Assembly (NCBI GenBank): GCA_905235655.1
Contig: CAJOMA010000003.1
Span: 4,067-68,066, forward strand
From: an uncultured Oscillospiraceae bacterium
GTDB taxonomy: Bacteria > Bacillota > Clostridia > Oscillospirales > Oscillospiraceae
DNA length: 64,000 bases
Direction of reading: 5' to 3'
The notes under the pieces are model-generated. The model ran no database searches. It saw only the letters and a program-made list of their open reading frames with translations, and was not told the origin of the DNA. Shown piece by piece: positions 26,859 to 36,333 of the stretch (position 1 is its first letter; each line of letters starts with the position of its first letter). The translations under genes and the position numbers were made by a program.

Positions 26859-27710
26859 TCAATTTTCGCGCGAAATCAGACGGTTTGCTGTATCAATCAA
26901 AAAGTCCGGATGATCAAAGCAAGTCAGCGCGTCAATCGCCCTGCGCGTTTCCTCCGCGACCATCGTTCCGCATTTCTCCACACCGTACAGCCGGACAAAG
27001 GTGTTTTTGTTTTCGTCCACGCCGGTCGCCTTGCCGAGCTTGTCCCGATCGCCGATCACGTCGAGGATGTCGTCGCGAATCTGGAACGCCAGTCCCAAAT
27101 GTTCGGCGTATTCCGCTGCGGCGTTTTGCTGCGCGTTCGAGCCGCCCGCGGCGATCACACCGAGCTGACAGGCGGCGGAAATCAGCGCGCCGGTCTTGCG
27201 CGATTGGATATCATAGACCTCCTGCGCAGTGCAAAGACGGTTTTCGGCGTCCATATCGAGAATCTGACCGCCGACCATGCCGAGCTCGCCGGCGCAGAGG
27301 CTGAGCACGCGTACAGCCTGCACGATGCGCTCCGACGGCAGTTTTGCGCAAGCAAGCTGCCCAAACGCCGCCGTCAGCAGCGCGTCGCCCGCAAGGCATG
27401 CCGTAGCTTCGCCGTAGACTCTGTGATTGGTCGGCTTTCCTCTGCGGTAGTCGTCATTATCCATGCACGGCAGATCGTCGTGGATCAGACTGTAGGTATG
27501 CACCATCTCCATCGCCGCGCCGAACGGCAGCGCGGCTTCGGTATCGCCGCCGCAGAGGTCGCAGAACGCAAGCACGAAGATCGGGCGAAGCCGCTTTCCG
27601 CCCGCAAGCAGACTGTAGCGCATGGAATTGAATAGCACCTGCTGCGGCTGATCATCCGTAAAGCAGCCTCGCAGATACGCTTCGATCCGCTCAAGATAGT
27701 TCTGCATCAT
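26859..27710 (-). CDS. ispA: Farnesyl/geranyl diphosphate synthase
   Basis: GGKRLRP, IHDDLPCMDNDD and FQIRDDILD motifs. Confidence 0.92.
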   Translation of the reverse strand: MMQNYLERIEAYLRGCFTDDQPQQVLFNSMRYSLLAGGKRLRPIFVLAFCDLCGGDTEAALPFGAAMEMVHTYSLIHDDLPCMDNDDYRRGKPTNHRVYGEATACLAGDALLTAAFGQLACAKLPSERIVQAVRVLSLCAGELGMVGGQILDMDAENRLCTAQEVYDIQSRKTGALISAACQLGVIAAGGSNAQQNAAAEYAEHLGLAFQIRDDILDVIGDRDKLGKATGVDENKNTFVRLYGVEKCGTMVAEETRRAIDALTCFDHPDFLIDTANRLISREN

Positions 27711-27933
27711 CGCGAAACTCCGTTTCGACCGGCGCACCGTCCGCACCCTTTGTCAGACGGGTAACCTTTAATTCCGCCTCGTCGAGCAGCTTGGTGCAGG
27801 AGGCGACCAACTGCGTCCCCTCTTCAAACAGCTTCAGCGCGTCCTCCAGCGGCACGTCGCCGCGCTCCATCTTCTGCACGATTTCGTCCAGCCGCGTGAC
27901 GGACGCCTCAAAGCTCTGAGATTTTGATTTCAT
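27691..27933 (-). CDS. xseB: Exodeoxyribonuclease VII small subunit
   Basis: SFEAS..RLDEIV..MERGDVPLEDALKLFEEG. Confidence 0.93.
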   Translation of the reverse strand: MKSKSQSFEASVTRLDEIVQKMERGDVPLEDALKLFEEGTQLVASCTKLLDEAELKVTRLTKGADGAPVETEFRDDAELS

Positions 27934-29132
27934 TTTTGTACCTCCTGTACCTCCGTGATCGCCGCGCCATCGGAAAACTGTACGGTGATCCGATCTCCGA
28001 CCGATACCGCGTGAACGAATTTAATCAGCTCGCCCGCTCCGTCCGTCGCCATGCTGTAGCCGCGGGAGAGAACCTTCAAGGGGCTCATCGCGTCGAGCTT
28101 CGACGTCAGCCGGACGAACTGCTCGCGCTTGCGGCTGAGCAACTGCGCAGACGCGCCGCACAGCCGCTGATGGGTATGATCCAGGAGCAATCTGCGGTCG
28201 TTGAGATAATTGACCGGACTGCGCAGCGATCTTGCCGAGGCAAGCGCGTTCAGTCGCTGCCGCTCCTGCTTCAGACGCTTTTGCATAAGCGTCTGAAGCA
28301 GCATATTCTTAGCTTGCAGAGCTTTTCGCAGCTCGGCTTGATCCGGTACGGCGAGCTCCGCCGCGTTGGACGGCGTCGCAGCGCGCAGGTCTGCGACAAA
28401 GTCCGCGATCGTCACATCCGGCTCATGCCCGACGGCGGAGATCACGGGGATGGCGGAGTCCGCGATCGCATAAGCGACGCGCTCGTCGTTGAACGCCCAC
28501 AAATCCTCGATCGAGCCGCCGCCGCGCCCTGTAATGATCAGATCGGCGAGCTGAAAACGGTTTGCATAGCGGATCGCGGCGGCAATCTCCGCAGGTGCTT
28601 CCTCTCCCTGCACGCGAACAGCCAACAGCTTGACCTGCGTCAGCGGATACCGCTTGCGCAGAATGCGGAGCATATCGTGCAGCGCGGCGCCGGCAGCGGA
28701 GGTGACGATCGCAATGCGGTGCGGATATTGGGGCAGCGGCTTCTTTCGATCCAGCGAAAACAGCCCCTGCGCCTGCAATTTTTCCTTGAGCTGCTCGAAC
28801 GCTGCGTGCAGGTCTCCAACCCCGTCCGGCGTCATCGCCTCGCAGTAGAGCTGATAAACGCCGTCTCTCGGATAAACCGCGACACGCCCGAACGCGATGA
28901 CCTTCATGCCGTTTTTCGGCTGAAAGCGCAGACGAAACGCGCTGCCCTTGAACATGACGCAGCGGATCGCGCCGTCCGCGTCTTTTAGGGAAAAGTAATG
29001 GTGTCCCGACGGATAAAGCTTGTAATTGCTGATCTCGCCACGGATAAAAATTGCGGACAGAAATTCGTCGTCCTCAAAGCGCAGCTTGAGGTATTCATTG
29101 ACCTGCGAGACCTCATATACTTCCAGCTGCAT
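27930..29132 (-). CDS. xseA: Exodeoxyribonuclease VII large subunit
   Basis: GEISNY, GRGGGSIEDLWAFN, AVGHEPD and TPSNAAE motifs. Confidence 0.95.
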   Translation of the reverse strand: MQLEVYEVSQVNEYLKLRFEDDEFLSAIFIRGEISNYKLYPSGHHYFSLKDADGAIRCVMFKGSAFRLRFQPKNGMKVIAFGRVAVYPRDGVYQLYCEAMTPDGVGDLHAAFEQLKEKLQAQGLFSLDRKKPLPQYPHRIAIVTSAAGAALHDMLRILRKRYPLTQVKLLAVRVQGEEAPAEIAAAIRYANRFQLADLIITGRGGGSIEDLWAFNDERVAYAIADSAIPVISAVGHEPDVTIADFVADLRAATPSNAAELAVPDQAELRKALQAKNMLLQTLMQKRLKQERQRLNALASARSLRSPVNYLNDRRLLLDHTHQRLCGASAQLLSRKREQFVRLTSKLDAMSPLKVLSRGYSMATDGAGELIKFVHAVSVGDRITVQFSDGAAITEVQEVQK

Positions 29133-30042
29133 GATGCGCCCTCCATGTCAAGACCGCCGTACCGAGCGCGTTGTCCGTTGCATACTGCGGCGGGCAGAAG
29201 ATCGCCGGAAGATCGGCGCAGGCTTCCCGCAGCATTGTGTTTGAGGCGACGCCGCCGGCAAATACCACGGTGCAATTCGGATACTCTGTCAGCGCATTCT
29301 TCGTCGCCGCAACAATCGCGCCGATCAGACTGCGCAGCGCATAGCCCGCAGTTTCGGTGGGATTGCCGCAGTGGTAGTCCTCCATCTTATTTTGCACGCC
29401 GGAAAGAGAAAACTCCGTTCCGTTCACCCTCACGCGAAAGAAGGAGCGGTCTGTCGCTTCCCTGCTCAATGCGTCAAGCTGCTTACCTGCGGGAAAGGAC
29501 AGTCCGAGGAGCTTTCCCGTGCGGTCGATGAGCTGACCGGCGGAGATATCCGTCGTGCCGCCGATCTTCTCGGCGTGCACGCTCACGCCCTCCGGCGTGA
29601 CAAGCAGCAGCTCCGTCGTTCCGCCGGAAAGGTGCCAGGCAAGGTGCGGTCTGTCCATCAGCTCCATGCGCTCCGACGACCACAGAGATGCGGCAATATG
29701 CCCCTGCTGATGAGAAAATTCATACACCGGAACGCCGAGCGCGGCGCCGAGTACCTTTGCCTGTGACAGTCCCGCCAGAAAGCAGGGCATATAGGAGCCC
29801 TCCACCGCTCTGGGACGGGCGCTGACGCCGACGGCGTCGATTTTTGCCGCGCCAATATCCGAAAACAGCCTGTCGGTCAATTCCGGCAGGCGTTTGATAT
29901 GCGAAAAGAGCGCGTCGCTCTGGCGCAGACCGAGAAGACCCGGCTCCACGTCCAGAAGACGCGAAACATTATGCGCCTCCGCGCCGTCAAAGGCGGCGAC
30001 GGAGGTCGTATAGTTGCTGGTGTCAAAGGCAAGAACGGTCAT
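29113..30042 (-). CDS. TsaD/Kae1-family paralog
   Basis: FDTSNYTTS, HQQGH, LSGG, DISAGQLID, GGVASN and TDN motifs; shorter and divergent relative to TsaD. Confidence 0.75.
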   Translation of the reverse strand: MTVLAFDTSNYTTSVAAFDGAEAHNVSRLLDVEPGLLGLRQSDALFSHIKRLPELTDRLFSDIGAAKIDAVGVSARPRAVEGSYMPCFLAGLSQAKVLGAALGVPVYEFSHQQGHIAASLWSSERMELMDRPHLAWHLSGGTTELLLVTPEGVSVHAEKIGGTTDISAGQLIDRTGKLLGLSFPAGKQLDALSREATDRSFFRVRVNGTEFSLSGVQNKMEDYHCGNPTETAGYALRSLIGAIVAATKNALTEYPNCTVVFAGGVASNTMLREACADLPAIFCPPQYATDNALGTAVLTWRAHHAAGSI

Positions 30043-30494
30043 TGTTCCTGCTCCTTCCTGCTGCGCACGAACGAGCCGAGAATGCCGTTGACGAATGAAA
30101 CAGTTTCCTCGTCCTCATACTTACGCGTCAGCTCGACGCATTCGTTGATGGCAACGCCCGTCGGCACATCGTCGACATAAAGAATCTCGAAGATCGCAAG
30201 CCGCAGCGCAGCCTTGGTGAAGCGCGAGATACGGTGGAGATTCCAGCCGATTGCATACTTTGAGATCAGCGCGTCAAGCTCCTCCGCACGATCTGCCACA
30301 CCGAGAACGCAGGCGCGGATATAGTCCATCTGCTTCTTGTTGGGACGCTCCGCATAGACGGCGTTCTCCTGCGCAAGCTCTTCATAATAGCCGCGCTCCA
30401 GCCGCGTCTGAATCGCCTGTTCCGGAGGGGCGTCGGTGTAGTCAAGCTCGTAGATCAAATGAGCGGCAAGCTCTCTGGCGTTGGATCGTGTCAT
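30039..30494 (-). CDS. nusB: Transcription antitermination factor NusB
   Basis: TRSNARE, LRLAIFEI, AINECVEL and FVNGILG motifs. Confidence 0.93.
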   Translation of the reverse strand: MTRSNARELAAHLIYELDYTDAPPEQAIQTRLERGYYEELAQENAVYAERPNKKQMDYIRACVLGVADRAEELDALISKYAIGWNLHRISRFTKAALRLAIFEILYVDDVPTGVAINECVELTRKYEDEETVSFVNGILGSFVRSRKEQEQ

Positions 30495-30540
30495 TGGGAA
30501 TCTCCTTTATGTACGGTGTCTGATGCGGCGGAACAACGCC

Positions 30541-30924
30541 TTATTTATTGGCGGCAGACTTGGGCAAAGCGACGCCGCAGACGTTGACGTTGACGCGAAC
30601 GGGACGGGTGCCGGTCATGGAAGCGACTTCGTCGGCAATGGCTTCCTGAACGTTCTTGGCAACGGTCATGACCGCCGTGCCCATCTTCACGATCAGATTG
30701 CAGGCGATGGAGATTTCGTCGCCGTTCAGAGAAACACGGATACCCTTGCGGAGATTCTTCTTGCCGAGCATATTGGCGATATCGAAATTTGTCGAAGAGC
30801 TCAGACCGTAGACGCCCTCGACCTCGCGAACTGCCAGCGCGGCGATGGAAGCGATGACTTCCTCGGAGATCAGAATGCTGCCGCTTTCCTGTGCCTGAAC
30901 GAGATATTCTTTGGTTTCAGCCAT
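30541..30924 (-). CDS. Asp23/Gls24 family protein
   Basis: ISEEVIASIAA, EVEGV, KGIRV and VNVNV motifs; conserved position before nusB. Confidence 0.88.
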   Translation of the reverse strand: MAETKEYLVQAQESGSILISEEVIASIAALAVREVEGVYGLSSSTNFDIANMLGKKNLRKGIRVSLNGDEISIACNLIVKMGTAVMTVAKNVQEAIADEVASMTGTRPVRVNVNVCGVALPKSAANK

Positions 30925-31011
30925 GATGATTGGTTCCTTTCTGTGTACGCGGTCAAACTGCCGCTTATATTCCTATATATTTTACCACATTTTGAGAAAA
31001 TTACAATACCT

Positions 31012-31563
31012 TTATTCCACTCCGATGACACGAATGTCGGAAAGAGAGAAATCCGTCTGACCCATCACGATGTCCGCGAGCAGAGAAACGTCGCTCTGCG
31101 TCAGTCCTTCGGCGGGAGAGGCGACCGCAAGCGAGATTCCGCCGTCCGAGATATAGGCAACGCAATCCTGATAACCCTTCGCGACGACAAGGCTTTCAAT
31201 CTCCGATTCCGCCAGCGCGTCCGCGATAATTCCCTCCAGCTTCCGGCTGGTCTCGGAGGTGTCCTCCCCCTCGGCATAGGAGATCGTCTCCTGCAGAAGC
31301 AGGATCGCATCGTCGCGCGCGGTTTGTCTGGAAAGGCGCATTTGCGCAAAGTATTCGTCCATGCTGTCCTGGCGGCTGACCTGAGACGCCTGCGGCAATG
31401 CCGCGCCGTTCATTACCAGCGTCGCTTCGCCGAGCACCTTATCGGCGTCCAGCGTCTGCGTCAGCTCGGGCGTATGACCGCCGTAAAGCCAATTGAGATA
31501 GATTCCGGCGCAGACAAGCACCAACACGCCGGCGATCACTGCGTTTCGTTTCCATGTTTTCAT
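31012..31563 (-). CDS. spoIIIAH: Stage III sporulation protein AH
   Basis: N-terminal TM helix, YFAQMRLSR, IESLVVAKGY; last gene of the spoIIIA operon. Confidence 0.85.
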   Translation of the reverse strand: MKTWKRNAVIAGVLVLVCAGIYLNWLYGGHTPELTQTLDADKVLGEATLVMNGAALPQASQVSRQDSMDEYFAQMRLSRQTARDDAILLLQETISYAEGEDTSETSRKLEGIIADALAESEIESLVVAKGYQDCVAYISDGGISLAVASPAEGLTQSDVSLLADIVMGQTDFSLSDIRVIGVE

Positions 31564-31576
31564 CGTGTTTCCTCCA

Positions 31577-32110
31577 TCATTTTAGTTTTACAACCGTGAT
31601 TTGGCTGCTGTTCAAACCGGTCAGCGCCGCTACCGCATGGATCAGATCGAGCCGCACAGACGGAGAATCGCCTCCCTCGCTGACGATCAGCGCGCCCTGA
31701 AACTGCGGATATCGCACTGCGGATACTGCTGCTTTATCGTATGCGCTCCCCTCGGACAAAATGACCGTTTTCCGTTCCTCGCTGCTGCGGTTGTCCGTGC
31801 CGTTCGCATCGCTCGACTTCTGCAGGTCTGTCTGATATTCCGTTCTGCTGCCGGTTTGGAGCGTCAGCATGACCTGCACCGCGCCCGCGCCCTTGATCTG
31901 TGACAGAAGCGCTGCCAATCTGGTTTCCAGCTCGCTGACGTAAGCCTCGTCCGAACGCTCCGCGCTGACCGGCGCTTCCTCCTGCTTTTTCGTGGATTTG
32001 CCGATCGGCAGGATTAAAAGCGCAATCCCGATAACAAAGACCAACGCGGCGTATTTGTACTTTTTCAGCAGTGCGACGAGCTTTTTCGGTAGGTTGTTCC
32101 AGTTAGCCAT
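31577..32110 (-). CDS. spoIIIAG: Stage III sporulation protein AG
   Basis: LETRLAALLSQIKGAG.V.VMLT and GALIVSEGG motifs; operon order. Confidence 0.85.
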   Translation of the reverse strand: MANWNNLPKKLVALLKKYKYAALVFVIGIALLILPIGKSTKKQEEAPVSAERSDEAYVSELETRLAALLSQIKGAGAVQVMLTLQTGSRTEYQTDLQKSSDANGTDNRSSEERKTVILSEGSAYDKAAVSAVRYPQFQGALIVSEGGDSPSVRLDLIHAVAALTGLNSSQITVVKLK

Positions 32111-32582
32111 ATAACCTCCATTCCTGTCTGCTTTGCGGGATATGCAGCGCGGTTTCGATACAGGCGCTGACCGCCTGTATCTGCTCCGGCGTCAGCGTGC
32201 CGATGAGCTTAACGCTGACCGGCTCGGGATATTCCCCGTCCGAGAGCGTGACCTCCGCCTGCAGCATTCCCCCGACAGCCTTCGCCTCATTTTCAATGTA
32301 TGCCTCGGCAGACTGCTTGACCTGCCGGCGCAGCAGCTCATCCTGCGTCCTTTTGATCTTTGCCGAATCAAACTGATAGTTCGAATTGAACTGCTCCAGA
32401 TATGCGCTGAGCCCTTTCATGTCCAGAGACAGCAGCGGCCGCACCGCGACCAGCAGCACGAGAACGCCGCCGATCAGACGAACGATCTTTTTCAGCGCGC
32501 TCTTTTGAATCAGCACGTCCGCAATCACGGTGATCATGCAGACGGCTACGACAGAAATCAAATATGCTCGAATCCCATCCAT
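32103..32582 (-). CDS. spoIIIAF: Stage III sporulation protein AF
   Basis: Two N-terminal TM helices, LVAVRPL; operon position. Confidence 0.75.
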   Translation of the reverse strand: MDGIRAYLISVVAVCMITVIADVLIQKSALKKIVRLIGGVLVLLVAVRPLLSLDMKGLSAYLEQFNSNYQFDSAKIKRTQDELLRRQVKQSAEAYIENEAKAVGGMLQAEVTLSDGEYPEPVSVKLIGTLTPEQIQAVSACIETALHIPQSRQEWRLYG

Positions 32583-33658
32583 CACACAGCCACCTTGATA
32601 AAGCAAACACAGGAGACAAGCAGCAGAAGTCCGCAGGTGCCGCACATGGCAAGCAGATATCCCATCGCCGTGGAGAAATTCTTCAAAAGCGAGATGTGCG
32701 GCTTTAAGCCCACTGTTCCGCTGATCGCAGCGGTTACTTTGAGGAGCAGATACTGAATCCCGACCTTCAAAAACGGCAGGATGCAGATTGACAGAACGGC
32801 GATCATGCCGAAAACACCGATCGAGTTTTTAATCACGGCCGCGCCGGCAATCAGCGTTTCCGAGGCGTCGGATATCATCCCGCCGACCACCGGCACCATG
32901 CCGGACATCGCGGCCTTCGTCGTCTTGACCGCCACGGCGTCTGCCGCGCCGCCGATCACGCCCGTAACGGAAAGAAAGGCAAGGAAAACATAGACCATGA
33001 TCCGCAGGCTTTTGGAAATCAGCCAGCCGATCAGCTCCCGCAGCTCCTTGAGCGCGTCGCTGGATAACGCCGCCTCCGCGGTCGCAACAGCGAGATAAAA
33101 GAACACGCCGGGAATCAAAAGCTTGCAAATGAGCTGCATCAGAAGCTGCGAGAACAGAAGCGTTCCCGCGTGCAGCGCAGCTGCAGCGTTCAAATTCCCG
33201 CTCATTGCCGCCGCAGAGGCAAGCACGGGCAGCAGACACGCGCTGTAGCCGGAAAGCGATTGAATCGTCTCCTGCGCCATCGTTACCATGGCGTGAAACT
33301 CACCGACAAACGCCGCGCATATTCCCAGCGCGCCCGCCGCGCTGACCGCGCCGCCGAATTTGCTGACGGAGGACATATCCGCGACAGAGCAAAGCGTCAC
33401 AAGGCCGATCAAAACCGCGCAAAGGCGCAGTCCGCTTTGCAGACTTCCGTCCGTTTTCGCAATCGCGCGAAGAATGACGCTTTTTGCGCCGATCCACAGA
33501 TCAGGCTCCTCCTGCGGGGAAAGCTCCGGCATCAATTCGCTCGCTTCGGCTGGAAGCTCCTGCTCCAAAACGTCCGTATCAATCCCGATATCCTCTGCGG
33601 CGGACGCCGGAAGCGCGAAGAAAAGCAGGAGAAACAGGAGAAGAAAAGCACGTTTCAC
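32582..33658 (-). CDS. spoIIIAE: Stage III sporulation protein AE
   Basis: Multi-TM protein; VPVVGGMISDA and IKNSIGVFG motifs; GTG start after GGGAGG. Confidence 0.85.
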   Translation of the reverse strand: MKRAFLLLFLLLFFALPASAAEDIGIDTDVLEQELPAEASELMPELSPQEEPDLWIGAKSVILRAIAKTDGSLQSGLRLCAVLIGLVTLCSVADMSSVSKFGGAVSAAGALGICAAFVGEFHAMVTMAQETIQSLSGYSACLLPVLASAAAMSGNLNAAAALHAGTLLFSQLLMQLICKLLIPGVFFYLAVATAEAALSSDALKELRELIGWLISKSLRIMVYVFLAFLSVTGVIGGAADAVAVKTTKAAMSGMVPVVGGMISDASETLIAGAAVIKNSIGVFGMIAVLSICILPFLKVGIQYLLLKVTAAISGTVGLKPHISLLKNFSTAMGYLLAMCGTCGLLLLVSCVCFIKVAV

Positions 33659-33659
33659 A

Positions 33660-34052
33660 TTATCCTCCCGACATCGTATCAATCAGAGAAAGCACCGCCT
33701 CCAGAAGCGGAAGCGAAACATAGAGCGCAAGAATGCCGCCGCATACCTCGATCAGCTTAGCGATCGCATTCTCGCCCGCGTCTGCGCATACCGTCGCCCC
33801 GATCTGGGTAATCAGACCGATGCCAATGGTTTTAAGAATTGGTTCGGTCAGCGTCTTGTCCAACCCCGCGATATTGCGCAGCTTTGCCAGAAACTCAATG
33901 ACCGGCTCCGCAAGCTGAACAAGCAGCAGCCCGATCAAAACGCAGGCGGCAAGCGTCAGCAGAATCCCGAGCTCCGGACTGTTTTTCCGGAGCATGGCGG
34001 TCAGCAGCACCGTGACGATCCCGATTACCGCCGCTTGAAGCAGTCCCTGCAT
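33660..34052 (-). CDS. spoIIIAD: Stage III sporulation protein AD
   Basis: ILKTIGIGLITQ, CADAGENAIAK motifs. Confidence 0.88.
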   Translation of the reverse strand: MQGLLQAAVIGIVTVLLTAMLRKNSPELGILLTLAACVLIGLLLVQLAEPVIEFLAKLRNIAGLDKTLTEPILKTIGIGLITQIGATVCADAGENAIAKLIEVCGGILALYVSLPLLEAVLSLIDTMSGG

Positions 34053-34246
34053 CAGAAATGAAACAGACCTTTCACAAGGTCGAAGAGGTCTGCGACCTTC
34101 TGAACGACAATGATCAGCACGACCACGAGTCCTGCGAGCGTCGTCATGGTCGCCTGCTCTTCTCTGCCGGATCGGACAAGCACCTGATTGAGAATCGAAA
34201 CGATAATCCCGACGGCGGCAATTTTGAAAATCAGATCAATATCCAT
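34052..34246 (-). CDS. spoIIIAC: Stage III sporulation protein AC
   Basis: MDIDLIFKIAAVGIIV..LNQVL.RSGREEQA. Confidence 0.92.
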   Translation of the reverse strand: MDIDLIFKIAAVGIIVSILNQVLVRSGREEQATMTTLAGLVVVLIIVVQKVADLFDLVKGLFHF

Positions 34247-34249
34247 GCT

Positions 34250-34752
34250 TCACACCAGCAGAATCGCGATCGCGGCGCCGGTGCAGAGTCCAAGGAGGGC
34301 GTAGCCCCTCGCCATCGGCCGTTTTTCCGTTTCTCCGCGCTCCAAAGCCGTTTTTAAGCGGTGCTGTGTCAGCCGCAGGAGGTTATCCTCCCCTTCCAGA
34401 TCATATCGCCCCAGCGTACTGAAAAGCTCCAGCAGCGCCATTGTCGCATCCGGCGGCAGGACGCACTTGATTTTGAAAAACGCCTTCTGCGCGGCGGCGC
34501 TCCGGCACGAGCCGCTGTCCAGCGCGTCCGCGTATTCTCTCAGAAAATCCGCGCAAATTCTGTCGGAACGCTCCGCAGTGATCCGGCAGAGCTTCGGAAG
34601 TGGAAAGAGCGTATAGCTCAGCTCGCATTTCAGGATTTCCAGCATATTCAAAAAGGCGCGAAGCTGACGCTGCGGTAAAACTGCATGGTTTTCGCAATGC
34701 CGAAGCTTCCCGCGCCGAGGACGATCATCGCCGCGCCGATCCAACGAATCAT
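34250..34752 (-). pseudogene. spoIIIAB: Stage III sporulation protein AB, split by a 1-bp deletion (or assembly error)
   Basis: ATG 34752 gives MIRWIGAAMIVLGAGSFG..FYR then a stop; the remainder (RQLRAFLNMLEIL..GRYDLEGE..YALLG) is in another frame; span is 503 nt, one short of a codon multiple. Confidence 0.75.
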
Positions 34753-35615
34753 ATTGTCATCCTTTCCGCAGTAACAGTTCGATCCTTCCGGATCGTCACA
34801 AGATTTTGAAAAATACCGGACGTCAAAAGCCTTCGATACAACTCGCGCTGCTTCAGCTCCTCATGATTTCCCGCGTGCGCCGTTGCAATGAAATTCACGC
34901 CGCAGTAGGAGCCGCGCAGCATGGCTTCGATATCCTCCGCCGCCGTGATCTCATCGACGGCGATCCATTCGGGGCTCATCGTGCGCAGCAGAAATTCCAC
35001 GGCCGCCTCCTTCTTTACGCCGGACAGCACGTCCGTATGCCTGCCGAGGTCAAACTGCGGCGTGCCGTTCCGGCACGCGCCGATCTCCATTCGCTCGTCG
35101 GCAACACCGATCCGAAAGGAAAAGCGGTCGGATAGCTGCCGGATCAGGTCGCGCAGCAGCGTCGTCTTCCCGACGCCCGGCGCGCCGATGATCAGCGTTG
35201 ATTTTGAGCGCAGCCAAAGCGCGTCCGCCGTTTTTGCCGCGATCCCCTTGATCTGTCTCGCGATACGAAGATTGACGGAGGAAAGCTCTTGAAAGCCGCA
35301 GATATCAGCCCCTTGATACACCGCCTTCCCGCAAATGCCAATGCGATGTCCGCCCGGAATCGTAATAAAGCCGTTTTTCAGCATTTGCTGCGCGGAGAAA
35401 ACGGCATGTCCGGTCGCTTTTGCAATGATTTCTTCCAGCAAGTCGGCGTTCACAGCCGCCGTATTCAAGCAGCGCTCTTTCCCGTTAACGGCGACAAGCG
35501 GCGGCTGTCCGCAACGCAGACGAATTTCTTCAATCTCTGCTGCAAACGGCAGGCGCAGAATTGGGTCTCTCACCTCCGGCGCAAGAACCGTGCATGCCTG
35601 TCTGATCTCGTCCAT
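34749..35615 (-). CDS. spoIIIAA: Stage III sporulation protein AA (ATPase)
   Basis: IEEIRLR, GGHRIGICG, GAPGVGKTTLLRD, DER and LRTMSP..VDEI motifs. Confidence 0.92.
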   Translation of the reverse strand: MDEIRQACTVLAPEVRDPILRLPFAAEIEEIRLRCGQPPLVAVNGKERCLNTAAVNADLLEEIIAKATGHAVFSAQQMLKNGFITIPGGHRIGICGKAVYQGADICGFQELSSVNLRIARQIKGIAAKTADALWLRSKSTLIIGAPGVGKTTLLRDLIRQLSDRFSFRIGVADERMEIGACRNGTPQFDLGRHTDVLSGVKKEAAVEFLLRTMSPEWIAVDEITAAEDIEAMLRGSYCGVNFIATAHAGNHEELKQRELYRRLLTSGIFQNLVTIRKDRTVTAERMTI

Positions 35616-35635
35616 CGCTATCTCACTCCTGCAAC

Positions 35636-35664
35636 ACTCTATGCGGACAAGACCTCCGTTAGGA
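35636..35664 (-). promoter_or_regulatory. Probable sigma-E promoter of spoIIIA
   Basis: TCCTAA-N15-CATAGAGT upstream of spoIIIAA; spoIIIA is sigma-E dependent in Bacillus subtilis. Confidence 0.4.
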
Positions 35665-35667
35665 CAC

Positions 35668-35696
35668 AAAAAAAGAGTGCTGCCGAAGCAGCACTC
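35668..35696 (-). terminator. Terminator of the ECF S-component gene
   Basis: gagtgctgc-TTCG-gcagcactc stem with T-tract on the minus strand. Confidence 0.85.
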
Positions 35697-35711
35697 AAAT
35701 GCGGTGATGAT

Positions 35712-36254
35712 TTATTGCTTTCTCCCTTGATTGATCAGACGCAGAATCGTCGGCGCAAGCAGCATATTGATACCGAGCTCAACAAGGAAATTGACTAAAA
35801 TAACGCTGATAATCAGATTTCGAATTTCTTCCCAAAAGAAGAATCGACAACCAATCAGGAACAAGCCGGTGTTCACTACCGGACAGACAATACTTGCAGC
35901 AAACACAGCCAGATATTGATTGTGCTTTTTCAGAAGTCTGTAGGTTAGACCGGCGATCAGACCTGCGCAACATCCTTTCACCAGCGTAGTAATGATAGCT
36001 CCGATGGGATTAATCTCGAGAAAAAACGTAGCGGCGCCTGAAAGCAGCACAGTAACGCCAAAGACGAAGCCAAGCCAAGCCCCAGCCCATACGCCAAGCA
36101 GCGCTGCACCGATCACCACCGGAACAAGAACCAGCGTGATAGAAACGCCGGGTATGGGCTGTACAAAGTTTGCGATGATCTGAAGCACTACCACAATTGC
36201 AGTCAGTATGGCTGCAAGCGCGATCTGCCGAGTTTCGGTTTTTTTGATATTCAT
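35712..36254 (-). CDS. ECF transporter S component (PanT-like), low GC
   Basis: Hydrophobic; IALAAILTAI, SITLVLVPVVIGA..G..LGFVFG and CPVVNTGLF motifs; substrate uncertain. Confidence 0.75.
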   Translation of the reverse strand: MNIKKTETRQIALAAILTAIVVVLQIIANFVQPIPGVSITLVLVPVVIGAALLGVWAGAWLGFVFGVTVLLSGAATFFLEINPIGAIITTLVKGCCAGLIAGLTYRLLKKHNQYLAVFAASIVCPVVNTGLFLIGCRFFFWEEIRNLIISVILVNFLVELGINMLLAPTILRLINQGRKQ

Positions 36255-36333
36255 TTTTCCTCCTGCTGTCGCTCCATATTTAGGATGCAACGCAAATCAT
36301 GTATTTAGTACAATGTATCAGGGATACACAGGA

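Noticed and set aside
34250-34744. ORF-track start MDRRGDDRPRRG for spoIIIAB
   Set aside because: This N-terminus is an out-of-frame read of the true hydrophobic start at 34752; treated as a frameshift instead.
36255-36333. Vitamin riboswitch upstream of the ECF S component
   Set aside because: Only about 80 bp separate it from ftsK, with no aptamer motif or terminator.
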